Below, piece after piece: positions 19,612-27,885 of a stretch of DNA of 55,011 bases. The translations under genes were made by a program, and so were the position numbers. This DNA is from Anaerolineae bacterium (GTDB taxonomy: Bacteria > Chloroflexota > Anaerolineae > B4-G1 > DUEL01). Each line of letters begins with the position of its first letter. The stretch's first letter is position 1. The notes beneath the pieces are model-generated. The model worked only from the letters and a program-made list of their open reading frames with translations. It had not been told where the DNA came from and made no database searches. The stretch is taken from positions 1-55,011 of the forward strand of contig JBDOIF010000138.1 in assembly GCA_041082215.1 (NCBI GenBank), read 5' to 3'.

Positions 19612-19649
19612 TTGACAGTTTCTCTAATAATGGTATAATGTCTATACAT
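19612..19649 (+). promoter_or_regulatory. gntR operon promoter with overlapping palindromic operator
   Basis: TTGACA-16-TATAAT (extended TG), with ATGTCTATACAT at 19638-19649. Confidence 0.8.
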
Positions 19650-19662
19650 TTCGGAGGGCGGG

Positions 19663-20418
19663 ATGAACCTGAAGGTAGACCCCGAGAGCCCTCTCCCCAT
19701 CTACTATCAGATTCGTGAGCAGTTGCGCCAGCAGATTCTCAGCGGCCATCTGAAACCCGGCGATCCTCTCCCGTCGGAGGCACAGCTATGCACCCAGTGC
19801 GGCGTCTCCCGGATGACGGCCCGAATGGCCCTTTCCCAACTGGCCCTTGAGGGGCTGGTCGTCCGCCGCAAGGGGAAAGGCACGTTCGTAGCTTCCCCAA
19901 AAGCCACCCTGCCGAAAGATTTCATCCCGATGAGTTATACCACCCTGATAGACCACCTCGGTATGCGGGCTGGAGCGACGATTCGCAGTCAGGAACTCCT
20001 TCCTGCCCCGCCGCAGGTGGCAGAGGTCCTGCGGATTCCGGAGGGAGAGCCCGTTATCCGCATCGTCCGTCTCCGGCATGCCGATAACCAGCGGATGGCT
20101 CTGGAAACCTCTTTTCTCCCCTATCGCCTTTTCCCCACTCTCCTTGAACTGGACCTGAGCGATCGGAGTCTCTACAAAGTGATGGAGCAGACGTTTTCCC
20201 TGGCCCCGGACTGCGCTGAGGATACGATAGAACTTTCCACCGCTGGCCCCTACGAAGCGGCCGAACTGGGCATCCCGGAAGGCACTCCCATTGTGCTCAG
20301 TACCCGCATCGGGTACTCAGAACAGGGAGTCCCCCTGATTTTCACGCGCACGGTCCACCGGGGAGACCGTTTCCGGGCCACCGTGCGCTGCCAGCGTCCG
20401 CAACTGGAAGGCATGTAA
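19663..20418 (+). CDS. GntR-family (HutC subfamily, UTRA domain) regulator
   Basis: PIYYQI, LPSE..L....GVSRMTAR.AL and GKGTFV, with a UTRA C-terminus (SLY, HRGDRF). Confidence 0.93.
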   Translation: MNLKVDPESPLPIYYQIREQLRQQILSGHLKPGDPLPSEAQLCTQCGVSRMTARMALSQLALEGLVVRRKGKGTFVASPKATLPKDFIPMSYTTLIDHLGMRAGATIRSQELLPAPPQVAEVLRIPEGEPVIRIVRLRHADNQRMALETSFLPYRLFPTLLELDLSDRSLYKVMEQTFSLAPDCAEDTIELSTAGPYEAAELGIPEGTPIVLSTRIGYSEQGVPLIFTRTVHRGDRFRATVRCQRPQLEGM

Positions 20419-20433
20419 GAGAGGAGGAAACAG

Positions 20434-21813
20434 ATGTCCTTTTCGCTGGTCCGGTTGATTGAACAACGGCAGGGTGACCAGTATGACCTGCATTTGAAGT
20501 ATATCAACCCCTCTATGGTGCGCGTCCTCCAGATTATCGGCTTTGATCAACCCTACGTTCGCGGCGAGGGTGCGTACCTGTGGGATACGGAGGGCAACCG
20601 GTATCTGGACCTGCTCTCCGGCTACAGTGTCTTTAACCTGGGGCGCAATCACCCGGCCATCAAACAGGCGATGATGGAGTTCCTCGCCCTTGACCGGCCG
20701 TCCCTGGTCAAGATGGATTGCCCCCTTCTGGCGGGGCTCCTGGCCGAGGAACTGGCCAAGCGGATGCCCCCAGGTCTGGAGGCGGTCTTCTTCGGCAATT
20801 CCGGCGCCGACGCGGTGGACACCGCCATCAAGTTCGCCCGCTATGCGACAGGACGCCCGCGCGTGCTCTACCTCAATCATGCTTTCCACGGGTTGACCCT
20901 GGGCACCCTCTCCATCAACGGCGGGGAGGTCTTCAAGAAGGGGTTTGAGCCTCTGATCCCGAGCGCTGTGATGGTGGAGATGAACGACCTGGCCGCCCTG
21001 GAGCGGGAACTGCGGAAAAAGGACGTGGCGGCCTTCATCGTGGAGCCGATTCAGGGCAAGGGCGTCTATATCCCGAACGACGACTATCTGCCCGAAGCGC
21101 AGCGGCTGTGCCGCAAGTACGGTACGCTCTTCATTTGCGACGAGGTACAGGTGGGGCTGGGGCGGGCCGGAAAGCTCCTGTGTTGCGAATACTGGAACCT
21201 GGAGCCCGATATGGTGACCCTGGCCAAGTCGCTGGGCGGGGGATACGTTCCGGTCAGCGCGGTCCTCATGCGGCGGGACATCCACGACAAAGTCTTCGGC
21301 TCCCTCAAGCGGGCCCAGGTCCACTCCACCACCTTCGGCCAGAACGATATGGGGATGGCCGCCGGGCTGGCCACCCTGTACGTGATGGACCAGGAGAACA
21401 TTGTGGAGCGCTCAGCGACGGTGGGCGCGAAGCTGCTGGCCCGGCTGGCTGCGCTCAAAGATCGGTATGAAATGGTTGCCGATGTGAGGGGCAAAGGGCT
21501 CATCATCGGCATAGAATTCCGCCCCCCATCCAATCTGGCCCTCCGGGCCGCGTGGACAGCCCTGGAGGCCGCCGAGAAGGGGCTCTTCGCTCAACTGGTC
21601 GTGATGGCCCTGATGCGGGACCATCGGATACTGACTCAGGTGGGCGGTCCGGGGGTCAACATCATCAAACTGCTGCCGCCGCTCATCATCGGTGATGAAG
21701 AGGTGGAGGCCATCGTCTCCGCCTTTGAAGCGGTGATGGCCGAAACGACCCATGCCCGGGGGCGAGTGTGGAGCCTGAGCGCGGAACTGATCCGGCATGC
21801 TGTGGCCTCATAG
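20434..21813 (+). CDS. Class III PLP aminotransferase, HpnO-like
   Basis: GAYLWD.EGNRYLDLLSGYSVFNLGRNHP, EPIQGKG, DEVQVGLGR, AKSLGGG and VHSTTFG. The N-terminus H..YINP.MVRVL..IGFD resembles HpnO. Confidence 0.85.
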   Translation: MSFSLVRLIEQRQGDQYDLHLKYINPSMVRVLQIIGFDQPYVRGEGAYLWDTEGNRYLDLLSGYSVFNLGRNHPAIKQAMMEFLALDRPSLVKMDCPLLAGLLAEELAKRMPPGLEAVFFGNSGADAVDTAIKFARYATGRPRVLYLNHAFHGLTLGTLSINGGEVFKKGFEPLIPSAVMVEMNDLAALERELRKKDVAAFIVEPIQGKGVYIPNDDYLPEAQRLCRKYGTLFICDEVQVGLGRAGKLLCCEYWNLEPDMVTLAKSLGGGYVPVSAVLMRRDIHDKVFGSLKRAQVHSTTFGQNDMGMAAGLATLYVMDQENIVERSATVGAKLLARLAALKDRYEMVADVRGKGLIIGIEFRPPSNLALRAAWTALEAAEKGLFAQLVVMALMRDHRILTQVGGPGVNIIKLLPPLIIGDEEVEAIVSAFEAVMAETTHARGRVWSLSAELIRHAVAS

Positions 21814-22967
21814 AGGATGTGCGTGTCCTGGCCGGGGAAATCGGCCCACGCGGCACCGGCACGGCTGGCGAGACTGCGGCAGCCGATTATGTGGCCGGCC
21901 GGCTGGCCGGATTGGGGCTGCCGGTGGAGCGACACGAATTTCGGGCCGTTGCCAGCCAGAACGCCTTCCCGCTGGCTGCGGACATGGTAGCCCTGCTGGC
22001 TGTCGCCCTCTACCCGCTGGGCGGCGCGCCCACGCGCTGGATCGCGGCGGCGCTGGCCCTGGCCGCCCCCTCTCTTCTGTGGTGGGCGATCACCCGCTCC
22101 GATAGCCCGCTGCGTCCGCTCCTGCCCCAGGTCGTCAGCCGAAATGTAGTTGCACGCCTGAAGCCGACGGATATCCCGCATCGGCACGCCGTCATCCTGG
22201 CCCACCTGGACACCAACCGCTGCCGCCTGGCCTGGCAATCGGCAGCGGTGCACCTGCTGGAACCGCTGACCTGGCTCACCCTGACCGTGCTGGCCGCCCT
22301 GGGCCTGCTCTACTTATCCGGGGTGCTTTTGGACGGGCCGGCCTGGACCTGGTGGGTTTCCCTCCTTCCGGCCGGCTATGTCCTGGGGACGGTCGTCACA
22401 CTATGGCGGGATGAGCGCACCCTCTTCTCTCCCGGCGCCCACGACAACGCCAGCAGCGTGGCGGTAGCGCTGGAGATCGCGGCCCGGCTGTCCGTTCACC
22501 CTCTCCGGCATACCGAGGTCTGGCTGGCCTTTACCGGGGCAGAAGAAACGGACCATCAAGGACTGAAGACACTCCTTCGCCGATACACCACACCTCTCCG
22601 GGATGCCGCTTTCTTTGACCTGGAAGGGGTGGGCAGTGGGGACATCGTCTATCTCACCCGGCAGGGGCTGTGCTGGCCCTATCGGCCCGACCCGGAGCTG
22701 CTGTCGCTGGCCGAGTGTGTCGCCGCCCGGCGGCCCGATCTGGGCGTTGGCCCGGCGCAGATGACTGTGGAAGATGAGGTACGCACCCTTCGCAATCGGG
22801 GCTATCGCGCCCTCTGCATCGCCGGCCGCGACCCGATGACAGGCGCGCTGCCCCGATGGCATCGGCCCGATGACACGGCGGAGGCCGTCTCCCCCCAGGC
22901 CCTGGGGCGAGCAGCCGATTTCCTGATGGCCCTGTTATGTGAACTCGACAAAGGAGGAAATGGATGA
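21768..22967 (+). CDS. Membrane-embedded M28 metallopeptidase/amidase (start uncertain)
   Basis: Metal-ligand motifs AHLD, GAHDNAS, GAEE and WHRPDD, with about four hydrophobic helices. Confidence 0.85.
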   Translation: MEPERGTDPACCGLIEDVRVLAGEIGPRGTGTAGETAAADYVAGRLAGLGLPVERHEFRAVASQNAFPLAADMVALLAVALYPLGGAPTRWIAAALALAAPSLLWWAITRSDSPLRPLLPQVVSRNVVARLKPTDIPHRHAVILAHLDTNRCRLAWQSAAVHLLEPLTWLTLTVLAALGLLYLSGVLLDGPAWTWWVSLLPAGYVLGTVVTLWRDERTLFSPGAHDNASSVAVALEIAARLSVHPLRHTEVWLAFTGAEETDHQGLKTLLRRYTTPLRDAAFFDLEGVGSGDIVYLTRQGLCWPYRPDPELLSLAECVAARRPDLGVGPAQMTVEDEVRTLRNRGYRALCIAGRDPMTGALPRWHRPDDTAEAVSPQALGRAADFLMALLCELDKGGNG

Positions 22968-23953
22968 AAGCCTTTGTAACCGGAGGAACCGGCTTCATCG
23001 GCGGGGCGGTCGTCCGTAAGTTGCTGGAGGCTGGCCACACAGTGCGAGCCCTGGTCCGCCCCGGGGCCGACACCCGGCAACTGGACGGCCTGCCTGTGGA
23101 GCGGGTCGAGGGCAGCCTGGAGGATGTGGGGAGCCTCCGAAAAGGCATGGAGGGCTGCGATTGGGTCTTCCATCTGGCCGCGCTTTACGCCTTCTGGGGC
23201 TACCGCTGGGAGGATTTCTACCGTACCAACGTCGAGGGCACCCGCCGCGTCCTGAAGGTCGCCCGTGAACTGGATATCCCACGTATCGTCCACACCAGTT
23301 CCATCGCTACCCTGGGCATCCCCCGGGGAGACGTCCCGGCCAACGAGGACACCCCCGTCACCCTGGACGAAAAAATCGGCCACTACAAGCGGTCCAAGTT
23401 TCTGGCCGAGGAGGTGGCCCGTGACTTGGCCCGGCAGGGCGCTCCTGTCGTCATCGTCAATCCGGCCGCGCCAGTGGGTGTGGGCGATTACAAGCCCACG
23501 CCCACCGGACAGATGATTGTGGATTTCCTCAACGGTCGGATGTTCGGCTACGTGGATACCGGGATGAACATCGTGGATGTGGAGGATGTCGCCATCGGCC
23601 ACCTGCTGGCGGCGGAGCGGGGGCGGGTGGGCGAGCGGTACATTCTGGGCGGCGAAAACCTCCCCCTGAAGCAGGTCCTGGATATTCTGGCAGAGGTCTC
23701 TGGTCGCCCCCGGGTCCGTCTGCGCATCCCCCACAGCGTGGCCCTCGCCTGGTCGTATGTGGACGTCGCGATCGCCCGCCTGAATCCCCGGCATATCCCA
23801 GCCGCCACGCCGGAAAAGGTCCGCATCTCACGCCAGAAGGAGTATTACGATTCCAGCAAGGCGATGCGAGAACTCGGATACACTTACCGTCCGGCGCGGG
23901 AGGCGCTGCGCAAGGCGGTGGAATGGTATCGCGCCCACGGCTACGCGTCGTAG
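22964..23953 (+). CDS. Extended SDR, HpnA-like (hopanoid-associated sugar epimerase / dihydroflavonol reductase-like)
   Basis: VTGGTGFIG, HLAALY, YKRSK and KPTPTG.MIVDFLNGRM..YVDTG.N. ATGA coupling to the upstream gene. Confidence 0.88.
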   Translation: MKAFVTGGTGFIGGAVVRKLLEAGHTVRALVRPGADTRQLDGLPVERVEGSLEDVGSLRKGMEGCDWVFHLAALYAFWGYRWEDFYRTNVEGTRRVLKVARELDIPRIVHTSSIATLGIPRGDVPANEDTPVTLDEKIGHYKRSKFLAEEVARDLARQGAPVVIVNPAAPVGVGDYKPTPTGQMIVDFLNGRMFGYVDTGMNIVDVEDVAIGHLLAAERGRVGERYILGGENLPLKQVLDILAEVSGRPRVRLRIPHSVALAWSYVDVAIARLNPRHIPAATPEKVRISRQKEYYDSSKAMRELGYTYRPAREALRKAVEWYRAHGYAS

Positions 23954-23963
23954 GAGGAACAGG

Positions 23964-26900
23964 ATGGCCAGATACCTTTCAGGACTGGATGCTGGCTCCG
24001 GCTCTGTCCGGGCCCTGCTGGTGGATATGGAGAGCGGGCGGACGACCGTCGCCGTCCGCCGGTGGGAACACCCTCCTGCGGGCGACGGCGGCTGGGCGTA
24101 CGACTTTGACACCGAACGCAACTGGGCCCTGCTGGCGGAGGCGGTCCGGGAGGCGCTGGCCCGCGCTGGCGCCGCACCCGCCGAGGTCGCGGGCATCGCC
24201 GCCGCCTCCATGCGCCACAGCCTGGTCCTAGTCCGGGACGGACGGGTCCTCTTCGCCGTCCCCAACCGGGACGCCCGCGCGGCTGCCGAGGGAATGGAGA
24301 TGGCCGCCGGACCGGGCGCGCGGGTCTGCACCCGCACCGGCTGCTGGCCTGCGCCGATGTTGATGGCCCCCCGTCTGGTCTGGCTGGCCCGGAATCATCC
24401 CCGGTGGCTGGAGGGCGCGGCCGCGCTGACCGTGGGCGACTGGGTCGCCTATCGCCTCTGCGGAGAGATAGCAACGGACCTCTCCCACGCCGGGGAGACG
24501 ATGCTCTTTGACGTCGTCCGGCGGGAGTGGATGAGGGACTGGCTGGCGGAACTGGGGCTTCCGGCGTCGCTCTTTCCGCCCGTCCGCCTGGCGGGGACGC
24601 TCCTGGGCCGCCTGACGGCCTCCGCCGCCGCCGACCTGGGGCTGATGCCGGGGATTCCGGTGGCCGTCGGCGGGGCCGATACCCAGTGCGCGCTGCTGGC
24701 CCTGGGCGCGGTCAGCCCGGGCGACGTGGGCATCGCTGCCGGAACGACGGGGCCCGTCCAGGGGGTGGCCGACCGCCCCGTCTTGGACCCGGAGGGCCGG
24801 CTCTGGACCCGCCCCCACCTCCTGCCCGATCGCTGGGTCGTGGAGAGCAACGCCGGACCGCTGGGAGAGGCGCTGGACTGGCTGGCGGAGCTGCTCTTCC
24901 CGGAGTCGCCCCGGCCGGCGGCCCGGCTGATCGGAGAGGCGGCACAGGCCCGGCCCGGCGCCGGAGGCGTCCTCTCCACATTTGGCGGGCAGGTCTTCAA
25001 CGCCCGCGCGATGGCCTTCCCGGTGGGAAGCCTCACCCTCTCCCCCTTCCTGGGCGGCGACGGCCCCTCCCGCCGGGCAGACCTGGCCCGGGCCGTCCTG
25101 GAGGGGCTGGCCTTCGTCCTGCGGGCCAACGTGGAGCAGGTCGCGGCGCTGGTAGCGCAGGCTGTTAGCCTGCGCATGACCGGTGGCCTCACCCGTAGCC
25201 TCTTCTGGTCCCAACTGGTCGCCGACGTCCTGGGGCGGCCTGTGCGGGTCTCCGAAATCCCGGAGGGGACGGCCCTGGGCGCGGCGGTCTGCGCGGGGGT
25301 CGGCGCCGGGCTCTTCGCGGACCCGGCGGAGGGAGCGGCGCGTCTGGCGCACATCCGCACCGTCCACCCGAACGAAGAGAACGCCCGCACCTACGAGGCC
25401 CTCTACGCCGAATGGCGGGACCTGCGCGCGGCGCTGGCCGACGGCCACGACCGGGCCGCCGCGCGGATGATCGAATCCGCCGTAGGGCAGGCCGCCAGGC
25501 CTGTAAAGATTGCGTTCCGCCCCAAAATCCTGGTCACCGCCCAGATGGATGAAGAGAGCCTTGCCGAACTGCGCCGCCTGGGGGAGGTGGAGTACGCCAA
25601 CTACCGGGAGACGCTCCGGGTGCTCACCGGGGAGGACCTGGTGGAGGCGCTGCAGGGGGTCCACGTCTTCATCACCGAGGTGGACATCGTGGACCTGGAG
25701 GCGCTGCGGTCCCTGCCCGATCTGCGAGTCGTCGTCGCCTGCCGGGGGCAGGCGGTGAACGTGGACGTGGCGGCCTGCACCGCGCTGGGCATCCCCGTCC
25801 TCCACGCGCCGGGGCGCAACGCTGACGCTGTCGCCGACCTGACGGTGGCTTTTATGCTGGCGCTGGCCCGCAAACTCGTCCCCGCGGATGAGTTTCTCCG
25901 CCAGCCGGGCGGCGAGGCGGGGGACATGGGCCGGATGGGGCAGGCGTACGAGACCTTCCTGGGCCGGGAGCTCTGGGGGAAGACGGTGGGGCTGGTCGGG
26001 CTGGGCGCGGTCGGGCGGGAGGTCGCCCGGCGGTTGATTCCCTTCGGGGTCCGGCTCCTGGTCCACGACCCATACGTCCGCCCGGAGGAGGCCGCACGGT
26101 ACGACGCGGAACCCGCCTCCCTGGAGACGCTGCTTTCTGAAAGCGATTTCGTGAGTCTGCACGCGCCGGTCACCGACGAGACGCGGGGACTCATCGGGCG
26201 CGAGGCGCTGGCCCGGATGAAACGGGGGGCGTTTCTGGTCAACACGGCCCGCGCCGCGCTGGTGGACGAGGAGGCGCTGGCCGAAGCGCTGCGAAGCGGG
26301 CACCTGGCCGGAGCGGCGGTGGACGTCTTCTCCGTGGAGCCGCCTGCCCCGGATCACCCGCTCCTGCAACTCCCCAACGTCATCGCCACGCCGCACATCG
26401 GGGGAAACACGGAGGAGGTGGCCGCGCATCAGGGCCGCATCGTTGTGGAGGACCTGAAGCGGATGCTGGCCGGGGAGCGGCCGCGCCACATCCTTAATCC
26501 GCAGGTGCTGGAGGGCTTCTCCTGGACGGGGCCACGCCGGGGAGCGGATGAACGGATACTGGAGACGCTGGAAGGGCGGCCCGGCCCGGCGATTGTGGAC
26601 CTGCAGGTCGCAGGGCACCCCCACCCCCCAGCCCCCTCCCCCGTTTACGAGGGAGGGGGAGTAGGGGTGGGGGTCCCTGCTTCCCCGCTTCCAATGAAGC
26701 AGGTCGCAAGGAGAGAGGTCGCAATGAACACGGAACACGCAGTACGCAATACGGTTGAGGAACTCCTGCGCCGGTTCTGCGAGAAGGCCGTCGCCGACCC
26801 GGCGCTCGTGGCCTTTGCCGCGAAGCGACGGGTGACCACCCACTACACGATGACCGACCTGGGGCTGGAGTTTCATATCGGCTTTCGGGACGGGGAGGTA

Positions 26901-27824
26901 TTCGCCGGGCTGGGCGCGCCGCCTGCCCCGGCGGAAGTCCGCATGAAGGCGACGGCGGAGGTGCTGGACGGCATCCTGACGGGCCGCATCAGCGGGCAGA
27001 AGGCAGCGATGAGCGGCAAACTCTCCTTCAGCGGGGACGTCCGGACCGCGATGGGTGTCCAGCGGGTCCAGGGCGACCTGATCCGCCTCTACACGGCGGC
27101 ACGGGAGGAGGTGGGCGTAGGGCAGGCTGAGAGCCTGCCCTATACTCCGGTGGCCGCGCCGGCCCGCGCAGCGCAGGCTGACAGCCTGCGCCACATCCAG
27201 GAAGACCCGCGCGCGGAGATGGTCCGGGCGATCAACGAACTCTACCAGTTGGGGCTTATCACCGCTACCGGCGGGAATGTGAGCGTGCGGATAGAGGGCC
27301 TGGAGGAGTGCTGGATCACGCCCAGTCAACTCTATAAGGGCGACCTGCGGCCCGAACTGATGGTGCGGATAGACCTGACGGGAAACGTCCTGGACGAGGG
27401 GGTCCCGGCCCCCTCGTCGGAGTGGCCAATGCACACGGCGATTTACCGGGCCCGCCCGGATGTGCAGGCAATCGTTCATGCCCACGCGCCCTATGCAACG
27501 ATTCTGGCCCTGAGCGGGCTGCCGTTCCTGCCCGTCACCACCGAAGCGGCCTTCTTCCGGGAGGTGCCGGTCGTCCCGTTCATTATGCCGGGAACGAAGG
27601 AACTGGCGGAGGCGGTGGTGAAGGCGATGGGCCGGAATCCCGTCTGCCTGCTGCAGAACCACGGCGTGGTGGTGGCGGCGACAGGCCTGCGGCGGGCCTG
27701 CAACATCCTGGAGGTGGTGGAGCGGACGGCGCAACTGATCTGGGGCTGCTACGCTGTGGGAAAGAAGCCAGCCGCTCTGCCCAGGGAAGTGGTCCGGATG
27801 CTGGGGGAGATAGGGGTTTCGTAA
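23964..27824 (+). CDS. Four-domain fusion: FGGY (LsrK-like) kinase + D-2-hydroxyacid dehydrogenase + SCP2 + class II aldolase
   Basis: Kinase: LDAGSGSVRA, SMRH, DARA, GGADTQ, VLEG, GTALGAA. Dehydrogenase: GRNADAVA, GLGAVG, NTARA, VEP, TPHIGG. SCP2: AAMSGKLSFSGD. Aldolase: GGNVS, PSSEWPMH, HAH, NHG. Confidence 0.9.
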   Translation: MARYLSGLDAGSGSVRALLVDMESGRTTVAVRRWEHPPAGDGGWAYDFDTERNWALLAEAVREALARAGAAPAEVAGIAAASMRHSLVLVRDGRVLFAVPNRDARAAAEGMEMAAGPGARVCTRTGCWPAPMLMAPRLVWLARNHPRWLEGAAALTVGDWVAYRLCGEIATDLSHAGETMLFDVVRREWMRDWLAELGLPASLFPPVRLAGTLLGRLTASAAADLGLMPGIPVAVGGADTQCALLALGAVSPGDVGIAAGTTGPVQGVADRPVLDPEGRLWTRPHLLPDRWVVESNAGPLGEALDWLAELLFPESPRPAARLIGEAAQARPGAGGVLSTFGGQVFNARAMAFPVGSLTLSPFLGGDGPSRRADLARAVLEGLAFVLRANVEQVAALVAQAVSLRMTGGLTRSLFWSQLVADVLGRPVRVSEIPEGTALGAAVCAGVGAGLFADPAEGAARLAHIRTVHPNEENARTYEALYAEWRDLRAALADGHDRAAARMIESAVGQAARPVKIAFRPKILVTAQMDEESLAELRRLGEVEYANYRETLRVLTGEDLVEALQGVHVFITEVDIVDLEALRSLPDLRVVVACRGQAVNVDVAACTALGIPVLHAPGRNADAVADLTVAFMLALARKLVPADEFLRQPGGEAGDMGRMGQAYETFLGRELWGKTVGLVGLGAVGREVARRLIPFGVRLLVHDPYVRPEEAARYDAEPASLETLLSESDFVSLHAPVTDETRGLIGREALARMKRGAFLVNTARAALVDEEALAEALRSGHLAGAAVDVFSVEPPAPDHPLLQLPNVIATPHIGGNTEEVAAHQGRIVVEDLKRMLAGERPRHILNPQVLEGFSWTGPRRGADERILETLEGRPGPAIVDLQVAGHPHPPAPSPVYEGGGVGVGVPASPLPMKQVARREVAMNTEHAVRNTVEELLRRFCEKAVADPALVAFAAKRRVTTHYTMTDLGLEFHIGFRDGEVFAGLGAPPAPAEVRMKATAEVLDGILTGRISGQKAAMSGKLSFSGDVRTAMGVQRVQGDLIRLYTAAREEVGVGQAESLPYTPVAAPARAAQADSLRHIQEDPRAEMVRAINELYQLGLITATGGNVSVRIEGLEECWITPSQLYKGDLRPELMVRIDLTGNVLDEGVPAPSSEWPMHTAIYRARPDVQAIVHAHAPYATILALSGLPFLPVTTEAAFFREVPVVPFIMPGTKELAEAVVKAMGRNPVCLLQNHGVVVAATGLRRACNILEVVERTAQLIWGCYAVGKKPAALPREVVRMLGEIGVS
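26617..26674. repeat. C-rich/G-rich REP-like palindrome inside the fusion gene
   Basis: acccccacccc...ggggtggggg t. Related half-sites occur at 6445-6471, 6536-6562 and 19561-19600. Confidence 0.7.
27117..27194. repeat. Two GTAG-family REP hairpins in the SCP2-aldolase linker
   Basis: gtagggcaggctgagagcctgccctat and gcagcgcaggctgacagcctgcgccac. Confidence 0.8.
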
Positions 27825-27885
27825 CCGCCCATACAATTCCCCTCCGATTCGTCTTCCGCCCCGTCCTGTGCTAAAATGCTCCCCC

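Noticed and set aside
20434..23953. Hopanoid biosynthesis cluster
   Set aside because: No shc, hpnCDE, hpnH or hpnG nearby, and the neighbours look catabolic. It cannot be excluded genome-wide.
23964..25480. Canonical lsr AI-2 operon
   Set aside because: The kinase is LsrK-like, but lsrABCD, lsrR, lsrF and lsrG are absent from the window.
26603..26726. The REP insertion created the dehydrogenase-SCP2 fusion
   Set aside because: The insert is 96 bp between direct repeats. Removing it leaves the frame open, so the fusion does not depend on it.
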